Positions 31,833 through 43,400 of a stretch of 64,000 nucleotides of DNA are shown here, piece after piece. The stretch's first letter is position 1. Each line of letters starts with the position of its first letter. Made by a program: the position numbers and the translations under genes. The notes under the pieces were generated by a model. That model was not told the DNA's origin, made no database searches, and saw only the letters and a program-made list of their open reading frames with translations. Origin of the DNA: Trypanosoma brucei (lineage: Eukaryota); NCBI GenBank assembly GCA_000002445.1, contig CP000070.1, positions 2,048,001-2,112,000 of the forward strand, given 5' to 3'.

Positions 31833-34571
31833 CTATTGTTCGTGAGAGGCAGGCACCGCCGAAGTTACGACTTCACCGCCCCTCGACGCAGTTCCCCTTA
31901 GAGCCGTCTCTGCAGGAGTTTCATATAGCGATTTCTTCTCTAACCGTACGAGTAACTGACTGCTCTTCACACCAGTTAGAAGTTCTAACAACCACAGCTC
32001 CGAAGGTGTGGACCGACAAGCGGAGCATGAGGGCCGCATTTTGGTCGAAAGGTCAGCGAGGACTTCTCGCAACTCTTCATCGTTCATCACTTCACTGGGG
32101 AACTGCTGTCCGGCGAGGTAGAAGTGCTTCTTGAAGTGCTCCCATGAAAAATTCTCTTCCGAACTACAGGGCAACTTGGGTGGATTGTTTAAGTGATTAA
32201 ACGCGTTATCTAAAGTCTTGAGACTGTTCATAAACTCCGGAATGTTTTTTGGTGGGGGCAGCCGCGGGGGTGTCGCCGACCGCGAACCACAGGTCGCACG
32301 CTCCTCGTCAGCCATTTTTTTCACTGGAGTGCGGTTACCGGTTTCCGATCCATCGCCTTCCGCGTGTTGTTGCTGTTGTACAGGAGTGTGTTTCAGTGAC
32401 CTTTGCTGGGAGGTTTGATCTAATTGATATTGCTGTAGTTGCTGCATGGGGGCTGCTTGCTGCCTTGCTCCACCGCTAGTGCCCTTACTGGAGGAGTTAT
32501 TACGCACCCTTCCAATGTTTTGTTGCCCTCTTTTTGTATTCTTTAAATACTCTCGCCGCTTCTCTGCTAGCTGCACGTAGGAGCCACCACCAGATCGAAC
32601 GACATTGCTTTCTTTGTTCACCTGACTCGCGCCATCCGTGTCTTTCTTTGGCCCAATCGACCACTTTGGTCGAGGCTTTCTTCGGCCCACCGGTGGTGCC
32701 TGCCCACTTCCATTGCCACCTTTGCTATCGCCTGGTTCACCGTCTCTCCGGCAGTTGCATTGTTTATTACCGGTGCAATTGCAGTATGGACACAGTGATA
32801 TGGATTGAGGGGAGAAAGCACCGGAAGGGTCAGTGTTCGCATCCTCCGTTTGTCCTGCGCCGGCCGCCCGCCATGTCTGATCCCTTTCGTCGTGCATTTC
32901 ACTTTCGCTCGCTGGCTTCTGTCGTTCTTTGAGTGTTTCATCAGTTACATCATCTCCGACAAGAGTGTCAGACACATCCCGTCGAGCATCTCCCGAGTTT
33001 TTCCCTTCGTCATACGCGGCCTGTGCTGACGGTTGGGGAAGCACGCCTGTCGCGAATGAGTCCTGCTCCTCGTTGGGGATTGTGGAGAAGCAATCTGTTT
33101 CCGTATCATCCACGCCACCATCGTCATTTCCCTTTAAACCAATATCCCTTTCGGACCGCAAGGACCCCCTTTCTTGGGCTCGGGTGGTTGCACCCCGCTC
33201 GGCAATTTTGTTTACGGTGACTTTGCCAATATTCTTTTCCGCTTCCTTTGTAATTCCATCTGGTTTCATCCCATCATGTTTGGAACGCGATACCTTCGGT
33301 TCACCTTTGCGATCTTTCCCGTTGCTGTTGGCTGTGGTGCCTTCGTTATCTGAGTGTTCACCTCCGCATTTCCGCCCCTGGGGGGTTGTTTCATCGTGTT
33401 CGTGTTTCAGCGAACAGCCGGCTTTGCCATTCTTCCCCCTTTCTCCTTCTGCTACCGCTGCATTCAAGGCAACGGCTCTCTCTGCCTTTCCACTGGCTGC
33501 GATGGGGGCGCCACCGCCCGCAGTCCTTAGTTCTTTTGAATTATTCTTTCCCACGACATTGCGGGTGCCGCAACATGAAAACAAGCCCTTTATACGTTTG
33601 AAAAATCCTCCTTTTTTCTTTTCTTTGGCCGTCTGCTTCACTTGCTTAGCTTCCGGAGCCGCACGGGCGGCTGAGGGATGCACCGGAATAGCAGGTTGGT
33701 CACAGACTTGCTCGGGATTCACCGCTCCTGCTTCTTCTGGTTGTGGAAACGATGCATCGCATTTCTTTTCTCTTTTAAGCTGCGCATCCGCCCCTTTTTC
33801 TGCTGGTGCCGATGCAGGTCCTTCCACGCTTGCCTTGGGGGGCGGGCTCGTACTAGCAGTCATTGCATTATTACCGTTACTGTGAACCTGTTGTTCAGCA
33901 TTATTGTTTCCACTCCTGTTACTATTGGCAACGCTAAGGCTATTGTTTCCCCTTTCAATATCCCTGTGCTTGGCATTGCCTGAGGGAATGGGGAGGAAGC
34001 GGGGAGACCGGGCGGGGTTCAGCGCGTTTACCTTATCGGCTATCATGGAGTGGTTATGCGGACGAGAGATCCCAGCCAAATCGGTATCGCTTTCCGTCTC
34101 ATATTCCCTACCATCACCTCTTTTCAGTTCCCCAGAACTCTCCCTCTTAAGATCCTTCACAACCTTCACCTCCTGGCCCCTGAGGCGTTCTCCTGTTCCT
34201 TCGGGGTCATCAACATCGGTCATTTGCTCCACCGTTTCAGCTGTCACCCAACTCATACTTTGCTCTTCATTTTGATCACTGGCTGGTATTTCTAGACCGA
34301 CGTTTCGCTGCAGCATCAGTCGCACATCTTGTTGCATCTCTTCGCTGGTCGCATCGCCTGAGCTACTCGAACGAGGGACAGATAGAGCCGATACACAGGG
34401 CCTATACAGAGCACCTCCAGCTGCCATCACGTCGTCGCTAGTGTTGCATGCTACCGCATTCGTATTGGCCGCTGGGTTAGGGACCTCGCGAAGGCTGTGA
34501 CATTCTTCCTCCTCGGCTGCTTCATTCCCCTCAGTGTCCACCTCAAAGAATATAGACGAACTGGTGCTCAT
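31833..34571 (-). CDS. Hypothetical protein, 912 aa, largely low-complexity (S/N/G/E/K-rich). It has a basic KKGGFFKRIKGLFSCCG segment and a small Cys cluster (CPYCNCTGNKQCNC).
   Basis: A single 2.7-kb ORF co-oriented with its neighbours. No catalytic motifs recognised. Confidence 0.5.
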   Translation of the reverse strand: MSTSSSIFFEVDTEGNEAAEEEECHSLREVPNPAANTNAVACNTSDDVMAAGGALYRPCVSALSVPRSSSSGDATSEEMQQDVRLMLQRNVGLEIPASDQNEEQSMSWVTAETVEQMTDVDDPEGTGERLRGQEVKVVKDLKRESSGELKRGDGREYETESDTDLAGISRPHNHSMIADKVNALNPARSPRFLPIPSGNAKHRDIERGNNSLSVANSNRSGNNNAEQQVHSNGNNAMTASTSPPPKASVEGPASAPAEKGADAQLKREKKCDASFPQPEEAGAVNPEQVCDQPAIPVHPSAARAAPEAKQVKQTAKEKKKGGFFKRIKGLFSCCGTRNVVGKNNSKELRTAGGGAPIAASGKAERAVALNAAVAEGERGKNGKAGCSLKHEHDETTPQGRKCGGEHSDNEGTTANSNGKDRKGEPKVSRSKHDGMKPDGITKEAEKNIGKVTVNKIAERGATTRAQERGSLRSERDIGLKGNDDGGVDDTETDCFSTIPNEEQDSFATGVLPQPSAQAAYDEGKNSGDARRDVSDTLVGDDVTDETLKERQKPASESEMHDERDQTWRAAGAGQTEDANTDPSGAFSPQSISLCPYCNCTGNKQCNCRRDGEPGDSKGGNGSGQAPPVGRRKPRPKWSIGPKKDTDGASQVNKESNVVRSGGGSYVQLAEKRREYLKNTKRGQQNIGRVRNNSSSKGTSGGARQQAAPMQQLQQYQLDQTSQQRSLKHTPVQQQQHAEGDGSETGNRTPVKKMADEERATCGSRSATPPRLPPPKNIPEFMNSLKTLDNAFNHLNNPPKLPCSSEENFSWEHFKKHFYLAGQQFPSEVMNDEELREVLADLSTKMRPSCSACRSTPSELWLLELLTGVKSSQLLVRLEKKSLYETPAETALRGTASRGGEVVTSAVPASHEQ

Positions 34572-35472
34572 TCGAAGAGATGAGTGACGGGTTTAGAGAC
34601 TAAGGGCACAGCAAGTTTTCAGGCCACAAATCCCTTCTCTTCGCCTACACTGCGAAATGATTTATTGAGGGGTCTTGCGACTGCACTCCACCTACACAGA
34701 TAGCCCTGTGACTTCCTCCTTATATATATATATATATGTATTTTAGTACGCGTGCGTGTCGTATTACTCTGCTGCTGTCTTCCTCTCTTCTTCGTGTAGT
34801 TGATGATTAAAACTACTATGTTCCTGTTGCCGTTGGCCCTACAGGGTCGTTACTTGCTTAAGCCCCTAGTTACTCGCTCACTTCCTACTTCTGGTGCCCT
34901 CCTCACTTTTCTGTTTCTCTTTCTAGGGACTCGCACCGTACCGCTTATGACAAAAAAAAACAAAACAAAACAATCCCAAGGGAATCGAGGAAATAAACGT
35001 ACAGGAGAGTAGGTAGTATGTGTGCGTCATTGGAAATGAAGCTACAAACGTGTGATCACAAATATTTCACCAAAAGCGGCTGTGGTGATTGGAGAGGACT
35101 TTTGCTGCGTATAAAATGTTTGCACGTCTGATTATGGTCACGACGTAGTAGTCACGGAAAACGATGTTAATTGCCACCCCCGTAGGCTTTACTCCCCCAT
35201 GCAACAGGGGCGCGGGTGTCGTGCCGGTGACTCGTAACAAACTTGACACGCGGATTCAGTCGATATACGTGCGACTAGTAAGGCTTATGCGGGAGATGGT
35301 TCACTATGCAATTTATACCACTGTACTGATGCATGTATTACCGCGGTTACTATTCTTCAGCTCCGCGTAGTCGCCTTTGCGGCCGCACTCAGTCAGTAGC
35401 AAAGATATGCAGGTAACACACTCTCCGCATGTGGGTTTGAAATCCCGCTTTTCCCTTTGCAAGATCCAACCA

Positions 35473-36450
35473 TCAGAAGCGATTCCATCGGACGAGACTT
35501 CCCGTGCTAAATCTCGGGCTCCGCACGGGCGGTTTCCCCTGCTCATCTGCTTTCTTATACCCCACACTGATAATAACGGGCACGGTGTAGCGCTCCGGCA
35601 AGCCCACAACCTCCCTAACTTTCGCTTCATCGAAACCTTCAAGAATTGCCGTATCCAATCCAGCAGCTGTGGCGGCGTAAATAAATGTTGTGGCGGGGAT
35701 CATTGCCTGCTTCCACGCGTAACCTTGCATTGTTGTGGGCACTGACAGCAATGGCGTCCCGGTGGCGTTGCTATACCAGGAGGAGATGCATGACTTTGCC
35801 TTTGCCATTGACCCAAACGGACCCCCGTGGAGATGATAGTACACCAACCGCAAATATGCAGCACCGTAGAGTGGATGATAGTAACCACTGTTGAGACCTA
35901 GTTCCAGTGCTGCAGGGGCCCTCCACTCGGGCTCCATGTCACCAGCAAACACTACAGTGACAGGGGCTTCACGGGGTTGCGGCTGGTCGAGCGCTGCATG
36001 CGATAAAGCACCCCGTTGCGATGTCTCATGTACGACAATGGCAACCCATGGCTGCAGGTTGAAAGCGGTGGGTGCCCGCGTAGTGGCCTCCAGCAGGCGC
36101 GCGATAAGAGTGTGGTCGACGGGACGTGAGCTGTCGAACCGCTTGCTGGAGTGACGTCTTTCCACAACACGTATAAATGCATCAAGTGACTTGCGCGATG
36201 CCTTTGAATAATATGTGGGTGGGATCCTATCTGGTTCCCTCGGCACCTCCTGTGCGGTGGCGGCGATGCTGGACCTCAGGAAAGTGAAAAACCGGGATAT
36301 GCCCGAGCCCCACGTCTCGTAGGGTGAGGTGCTATTCTGTGAATTAGTGGCAGACAAGGCGGCACCTGCATTCCACTTCCAGTATGAACGGAGGGATTTT
36401 ATGACGCCCTGCCAACGGCAGCGGCTCACGTTCATCTCGAGAGGGGACAA
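35473..36450 (-). CDS. Bacterial-type nitroreductase family protein (type I NTR-like), 325 aa, with a basic N-terminal presequence.
   Basis: The nitroreductase-fold signature RRHSSKRFDSSRPVDHTLIARLLEATTRAPTAFNLQPWVAIVVHETSQRGALS matches the R.S.R.F...P(V/I)....l..il.aa..APS..N.QPW.f.vv pattern. The N-terminus MNVSRCRWQGVIKSLRSYWKW is Arg/Trp-rich and resembles a mitochondrial targeting peptide. Confidence 0.75.
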   Translation of the reverse strand: MSPLEMNVSRCRWQGVIKSLRSYWKWNAGAALSATNSQNSTSPYETWGSGISRFFTFLRSSIAATAQEVPREPDRIPPTYYSKASRKSLDAFIRVVERRHSSKRFDSSRPVDHTLIARLLEATTRAPTAFNLQPWVAIVVHETSQRGALSHAALDQPQPREAPVTVVFAGDMEPEWRAPAALELGLNSGYYHPLYGAAYLRLVYYHLHGGPFGSMAKAKSCISSWYSNATGTPLLSVPTTMQGYAWKQAMIPATTFIYAATAAGLDTAILEGFDEAKVREVVGLPERYTVPVIISVGYKKADEQGKPPVRSPRFSTGSLVRWNRF

Positions 36451-37379
36451 AGCCTCTCTCCTATGCTACCTCCTTTTTCCTTCCTTTTAGTGGTTCTATT
36501 CTTTCTTGATGATTATCGTAGAGCGTACAAAGCAGCAAGAGCGGGGGTAAGAAGGAAAGGTCCAACGGGTCGCATCGCAACTTCAGCTGCTGATATATGA
36601 ATCCCGTGTAACACACCAGCACGCTTGAAATAATGGAAAATGCGCAGGGGAACGGAAGTGTCCGATAACAAGCAACGTTATCGCTATAATCAAAGTACGA
36701 ATGAAGGGGTGAGACGGCAAAAAGGATACACAGGGATAGCGACACGTGATTCCCCCCCAAAAAAAAAGAAAAGGGAAAACACCGAAAATATCGTAACATC
36801 TACCTTTGGCTCCTTATTAATCCCTTTTCTCTTTTTGTACACTGCGTACTTTCACCTCGGTGCAATTTTTGCGCTCACCCCTGTACACTGTTGTCCCTTC
36901 CTCAAAAACAGCAAAAGAGAAACAACGCGTCAATAAATGCCCCCACGTTTCAATAAAGTGGGAATAAGGTGAGGTTAACGTACATACACATGACAATACA
37001 TTACAGACATTTACATTCTTCATAAACGCCCTGTATTCAACGGCACATTGATGAGTCAACAAAAAGACTCCAACTGCGGTACAGGTCCTTACGCGACAGC
37101 CATAAAGGAATGCAACGAACACCACAAGTAACACACCACCACTGACCTCTAAAAAAGGGGGGGAAGGGGAAGGAATGTAACACAAGCAAGGAAAAAACTC
37201 GTGCTTGTGATGCAGTAGACAATGCGTGAGAAGCGACTCTGAGGGGAGGGAACGGAAAGGGTGGGGAATGCTAAGAGACAAACAACAGTATATTACAACC
37301 GTTCTCTCAACCAATAAAGGCAATGGCACTCACAACGACGATTGGCTGAAACAACCTGAAGTCTATTCGTCGCTGCAGC

Positions 37380-39533
37380 TTACTCCTTGAGGCCCCGGGC
37401 TAACATAGGATGCTGTCCAGAGAAGAAGACGACCGATCTCCTGTCCGGTTTGGGCCGTCCGTAGAAACCAATGGATTCACAGCGGTGGCTCGTGGCTTTG
37501 CAGCCCTCGTACACTGTTCGACCGGAGGGACCGCTGCCAGCATATCCACCAGCTGATGGCGTTGCGCAGTCCCTCCCGCTGTGTGGCCTAATCGTGGCTC
37601 TCGATGTGTGTGACCACTCTGGCCCACTTCCCTTCTTCTCCTTGAGGGGCAACCGTCCAGGGCGTCCACGGGAAACACTGCTTTTACCAGTGGTAAGCCG
37701 GCACGGTTCCATTTCGTAGCCTGCTTCGTTTGTGAGTTGTTCATGCTTGCAGTGGTAGTGCAACACATTGGCATAAGGGACGATATCAGCTCGAGCGTCA
37801 CACCAGCAAGCGCGCAGGCGGCATGGCGGCCCAGTAACAGTCTTCCATATGGTCTTCGAACGGGGGGCCTCGCTGAGCGGCGCGAGAACGAGGCGATCAA
37901 AACCATTCGTTAACTCCTTCCTAGGTAGTACACTACTCTTGCTGTTCGCTGTGGTTCGTCCCGTTTCTTCCATTCGATGCTCCCCACTGGCTGGGCTTTT
38001 GTCTCTTCTTGCCTCCGTGTTGGAGAGCATGGAATGAGACGCCGATGAGCCACCTTCCACTGGACTTAACAGCAATCCTGGAAAGAAGGTGGCACTTTGT
38101 CGCTTGCGCTCTGCATAAGGGGGCATCGGCCGGAGACAACTCAGAGGTGCTGCTACGGGGGCGACAGAACCGTTTCTTGAGGCGTCCTTACCGCGCAGTG
38201 GGGGACGAAAGAAACCAAACCCTCCGTCTCTGTTGCCCGCTCCCGTTTCGATTTCCTCTTGCTTCTCTTCTCCTTCTGTCCCCTGCTCCCGTTCTCCATC
38301 TTCATCTCGATCTTCCTCTTCTTGTGGTCCCTGTGTCCCATTGTCACTCTTACTCTTGTCAGCACTGTCACATTCCTCCTGGTGTGATAAATCCGTTGCT
38401 TCCCCTCCGCATGTATCACACGACGCATCGCGGTAGCGCCGTGCAACCTCTAGCATCTCGTCGGTGTTTTTTGCCTCTTGATAAGCCCTCTCCCGTTCCT
38501 CCCGCAGCTCATCTACATAACGAGCACACCGCGGCTTCAGTATAGCCTCCACTTCTTGCACAAGGTCGGTTGGAAAAGGTGGGCGGCCGGCTAGGTCATG
38601 GCACAGCATTTCATTGCGAAGCAACGCGCGCGCGTGGCCGGCCGGATCCTCGGCCTTATCTGGCACCGCTTCCACTGGCTTCAATTCTTTGAGTCGGGCG
38701 AAGGTATTCATGTCATACGGCCCATCAAACATAACTACGGCAAGTTGCCTGTTAACACGTAGAACGTCAATCAGCTGTTGCAAGAATCCGCCAGTAAGGT
38801 AATTGCAATCCAGGTTGAGCTGGCGGAGGCGAGTGTTCACACGAAGGCCACGAAGCAGCGGCTCCACATCATCATCGTAGAGCTCATTGTTGTACAGCGA
38901 CAGGGCGCGAAGGGGTGGGTCCGTCTCAAGGAACTCTGCAAGTCGCTCGCAACCCACCCGACCAGCGCGGTTCCCAGCAAAGTTCAGAGACAACAGGTTA
39001 GGAGGAAGAAAACCACCGGGGAAACCATTGTCATCATGCGCGCCGTTATGTGGGGCTTTCCCGAGGAGCGCCTCAATAGAGACGTGTGTGAGGGCGTTGT
39101 AGGAAATGTTAAGCGAACGCAAACCCGGGCTATTGGCAAGCGTCTGCAGTACCGCTTCGTGCCCAGAGATAAGTCCCGCATCGCCCATATAATGATTGGG
39201 AATGTGGACCTCTTCTAATGGCTTTGCAGTGGTATCGGTAAGGAAGCTTGGGGGAAGGAAACGCAAACTTCCCCTGTACACACCACTCCCCAGCAGCGTG
39301 CACGACCCCTTGCTGACCGGTCGACATTTTGTTTCTTCCCATTGCGTTGGTGTGCCACTGTTCGCTACGGTTGGAAGGGACCCTTCAAATTTTACCGCTC
39401 CCTGTGAAGACCGTAGCTCAGAGCAGGATTGAAGCTTTCTCAAAGTAGCAAGTAGCTCCTCATAATTTGTGCATACAAACACATGCTCTTCACCTACCTT
39501 GCCCAGTAATTCACGGCTCTGTCCAATACCCAT
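37380..39533 (-). CDS. RNI-like (ribonuclease-inhibitor type) leucine-rich repeat protein, 717 aa, with an acidic E/D-rich C-terminal half.
   Basis: There are ~28-aa LRRs of the RNI class (LRALSLYNNELYDDDVEPLLRGLRVNTRLRQLNLDCNYLTGGFLQQLIDVL, LRSLNISYNALTHVSIEALLG). An acidic region follows, with a CDTCGGE Cys pair. Confidence 0.65.
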   Translation of the reverse strand: MGIGQSRELLGKVGEEHVFVCTNYEELLATLRKLQSCSELRSSQGAVKFEGSLPTVANSGTPTQWEETKCRPVSKGSCTLLGSGVYRGSLRFLPPSFLTDTTAKPLEEVHIPNHYMGDAGLISGHEAVLQTLANSPGLRSLNISYNALTHVSIEALLGKAPHNGAHDDNGFPGGFLPPNLLSLNFAGNRAGRVGCERLAEFLETDPPLRALSLYNNELYDDDVEPLLRGLRVNTRLRQLNLDCNYLTGGFLQQLIDVLRVNRQLAVVMFDGPYDMNTFARLKELKPVEAVPDKAEDPAGHARALLRNEMLCHDLAGRPPFPTDLVQEVEAILKPRCARYVDELREERERAYQEAKNTDEMLEVARRYRDASCDTCGGEATDLSHQEECDSADKSKSDNGTQGPQEEEDRDEDGEREQGTEGEEKQEEIETGAGNRDGGFGFFRPPLRGKDASRNGSVAPVAAPLSCLRPMPPYAERKRQSATFFPGLLLSPVEGGSSASHSMLSNTEARRDKSPASGEHRMEETGRTTANSKSSVLPRKELTNGFDRLVLAPLSEAPRSKTIWKTVTGPPCRLRACWCDARADIVPYANVLHYHCKHEQLTNEAGYEMEPCRLTTGKSSVSRGRPGRLPLKEKKGSGPEWSHTSRATIRPHSGRDCATPSAGGYAGSGPSGRTVYEGCKATSHRCESIGFYGRPKPDRRSVVFFSGQHPMLARGLKE

Positions 39534-40431
39534 CTTCCACTAAAACCTCGCTGAATGTTGATGTGAGCGTGTGTGCTACGTTGGGATAAAGAGACTGTGA
39601 ACTAATTGAATTTTCTTCCTGTTTCTCCTCACAGGCACCTTACAGTGTCTTTGTGGGAAAGAATTCTCTCTGGCTCCTTCACAGCTTCCCTCCACTTGGC
39701 GGGTGGTTGATAAGCCGAAGTATGTTTGTTGGTCACCGTGACCAACTTGTACTACCTTAATCACCCGCGAGACGAAAACACGCCAAAAAATATATGTAAT
39801 TCACGTGTGTGCAGACTTTTTTCCCCTTGCCGTCGCCGACAGCGTCAGTCACTGCCCGACACTCTGTGAGACAGAGAAAATAAACGTGAAAACAGAAACG
39901 GAAAGAAAGAAGCGAAGGTAACAATATATACATGTATATATATATATACACTTACATACATAATGGGGGGGGGAGACATGGTAACAACAACTGTACAACC
40001 CCCGACAGTCACTCAAGAGCAAGAATACATTGACACACGCTTGCTCACAGTCACACATCACTGATGGAAGAATAGGAGGAAAGGAGTGTAGGAGAAACAA
40101 CTCGTGGCGACATCTCGTCCCCGCCGACGTCTCACCCCTGGTAAAGATATCTTCTTCGGTAAACGACTCCTTTTCCACTTGCGCATGTGGGCATACGTTG
40201 GGAGGGGCCGTGCAGGGGAAGGGGTCATAGGATCAACGTATTTACATTGTTTGTGTATGTGTTAAGTTTCATTTTCCTCTCCCACTTACTTATCCCTTTC
40301 ATTATTCAGCTCTTCTCACATTCTGCCGATATTCTACACATGCATGTAAAGAGCACAAAACAACGATCCTTTCCACCCTCCGGGGTTCCCTTCTCACCCC
40401 TTTTAGTCGACCATATTGTACAGTGTCGGCA

Positions 40432-43400
40432 CTACGCTCTGCAATCCCCCCGCGACGGTGTGTTAATCGCTGAAGGTTCCGCCGTAAGCATGCACGCCGT
40501 CACTGTGGAATCGCACGGAATGGATGAGCTGCTGCTGCATCGCAGAACGGTGACCCCCTGGGGTTCGAGAGGGTTAAGTTGTTTGTGAGTCTTCCGTTGC
40601 TTCAACAAACTGGTTAAAAATTTGGCTACCCGACACCGCCCAAGTTCTGCAGCAAGAACCAAGGGCGTCCGACCCATTCCATCATAAACATTGAGGTAGT
40701 CCCATACTGTCTCCACATGGTTCTCGCGACAACCCTCGTCCCGCAGCACGCAAGTGACCTTGCTGTAGTGTGTGCCGCGGTGGTGTGTCAAAATTCGCTG
40801 CGTGATAGGAACTACACGAGGGTCCTCCACTGTGGTCGAGGCGCCCCGGAGTGTGCAAGGCGCATATACGTTCACATTCCTTAAAAGCGCCCGAAGACAA
40901 GCTTCACTGTCTGCTGTTACCGCATAATGCAGGGGCAGGGAACCACGTGCATCGAGGAAGAAGGCACAGTTACCCGTATCGTGGTTGAGGAGCTCTGTTA
41001 CAGCGTCTGCGAACCCGGAGGCGCAGGCATCGTGTATGGGCAAGCGACCCATTGCATCCACCTGAAGCACCAGTGTCTGCGCGAGGGTGCAGCTCAACAC
41101 ATCGCGAATGTGAGGCAGCAGCTCCTGTTGTACCACAGGGTCGCTGTGACTACACAAGTGGTGAAGTGCCGTACGAACTTGCTTGTCGGTGCAAAGCAAG
41201 TGGTGAATACCCACCGTGAGGACAGGTGGCTGGTTCCCTTCGCTGTCCAGGGAACTAACGCTGTATTCACAGCAACTGTTGGCGGCACCAGCGGTAGTTC
41301 CGGTTGTGCCGGCCAGGTTGATATTCACCCCCTCACTCATCGCATTCTGACCCGCGTTGAAGACCTCGTCATCTACATCGGAGGTCGCGGAGACGCTACT
41401 CGCGTCACGTTCGGCCGATTTCTGTTGTTTCTGCTGATTCGCTCGCGCCGAACTTTGCGTCCGAGCCCCTGCCTTGCCCTGCCGCCCCCCACGGCGATTT
41501 CGTGGCGTGTTAACGCTCTTTTTGGGGCGGTCGCCTAGTCGCTGCTGTGAAGAAATGCTATGACGCGACCGCGACTGCATGGAGAGATTCAACACACTAA
41601 CAGGATGGTTGTGGTTAGGTGGTGTGTGAGAGCTGACTGTTGTGTTGTTACTGTTATCATGGTTTCCAAAACGACCGCGGCTGCGCCGCGCAGTGTACGC
41701 CCCAAGCCGTCTTCCACTTCTGCTGTCCTGTCTTTGGTGTAGGAGTAAATCCACCATATCGGCCCTACCCCGTCGTGCCGCGATAATCAAGGGCGTCTCC
41801 AGTGTGTGCCCACTCTGAACCTCTACAGTAGCCTTGAAGCTCAGCAACTCTCGTACCATGTCAACAGCGACGGGAAGAGTGGACTGTGTAGCGAGGAAGA
41901 GCGGAGTTTGCTCTATGTCGTCCACCTCATTGGGATCCGCGTAGTATTCCAGTAAAACCTGGAGCATCGGCAGCATCCCCTGCGCCACAGTGCGGTGCAA
42001 GAGTGTTCCCCCGCTTGGCATCCCACTGGCATGCCGGACGCAAGCAACACCAAGGTTCAACAGTAGCCGCGCTGCCTCTACGTCGTGTGTTTCGCGGACA
42101 GCCATCTCAAGCGCTGTGAAACCTAACGCGGTATCTCGTGCTTCCACGTCAAGGGAGTGTGCCACGGTGTCGCCGGCGACTGGTTCACTGGAGGCTGCAG
42201 GTTGCCGATACCTTCGACGGAAACCGGATCCCGTGCGGTGCTGCCTGCGTTTGGTCGCCGGTGCTTGGCTGTGTGGGGACAGCACGCTGGTATCCGCGTT
42301 CGACACCACAGCTGCGCTCTCTGAATGGTGCAGCAGTATTTCCACAACATCTAACTGCCGTGCCAGCACCGCGAGATGCAAAGCCGTTCGACCCGCATGA
42401 TCTGTCTTCGAAGGTTGAGCGGCATTTAGACTGTAACTGCCTGCGCCAGCATTACTGTTGCCACTCGTACTGTTGAGAAGTAACCTCACAACAGAGGTAT
42501 TGCCGTACATGGCAGCGTAGTGAAGTGGTGTGCGACCGCAGCAATCCTGTACATTGATATCATACCTCTTCTCCGGGTTCACATTGATATGCGAAAGAAG
42601 CAGCTCCATTACGCTCGGGTGGAGTGCTATGGCGCCGTAGTGCAGCGCACAGGCCCCTTGCGCGTCTTGCACCATGGGGTCTACCCTATAATCTACAATA
42701 AACCGCCGAATTAACTCCGGATGATGAGCCACAATGGCATGCATAAGTGGCGTCATCCGCCCGACTTGCTGTACGGTCGGAAGTAGTTGATCAGAGCGAG
42801 AATTTCCCAATTGTCTAGACGGTGTCGATTGATTTGTCTGTGTCGTGGAGGCTGCTGCAGCCGGGGACGCTGCAGACAAGCCAACATCATCCCTAGACGT
42901 TCCGGGGGATGTCGGCAAGCTAGGCACGAGAGAACCCTTCTTGAAGTCCGGCAACAACCAAGGGGAAGAGGTAGCCCCCACTTCATACTGATGAGTGACC
43001 ATCGTGGTACGCTTATTCTCTGCGGAGCGCCGTATCAACCTGTTAGAGTCTATAGGAGCCAAGTTACCATGTACATTAGCCTCGCGATCACACAGCGTTT
43101 GTATCAGTTCCCATGTAGAACAGTTCCCAGGTAGAAAGTGCCACCATGCATCGGCGTCCCTTGGAACACCTGGGCAGTCCGTATCTGCAGCATTCCCCGC
43201 AGCGGTGGACGGCTTTGGATGCCTTGATGCACTTCCTGCCGTAGATGTTGTTTGAGGTGCTAAGATATAATTCTTTACTGCTGGTCCGGGAAGCGAAGCG
43301 AGACGCACCGCATCCAGTGGGCGCACCGCATCGCGAATACCGTGCTCACCATTGCACCCTTGTCCATAGCAAATCAGTGAAACGAGCGCCGACTCCCCCA

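Noticed and set aside
32929-33885. 318-aa plus-strand ORF
   Set aside because: It is antisense to the 912-aa hypothetical gene (31833-34571) and has no features.
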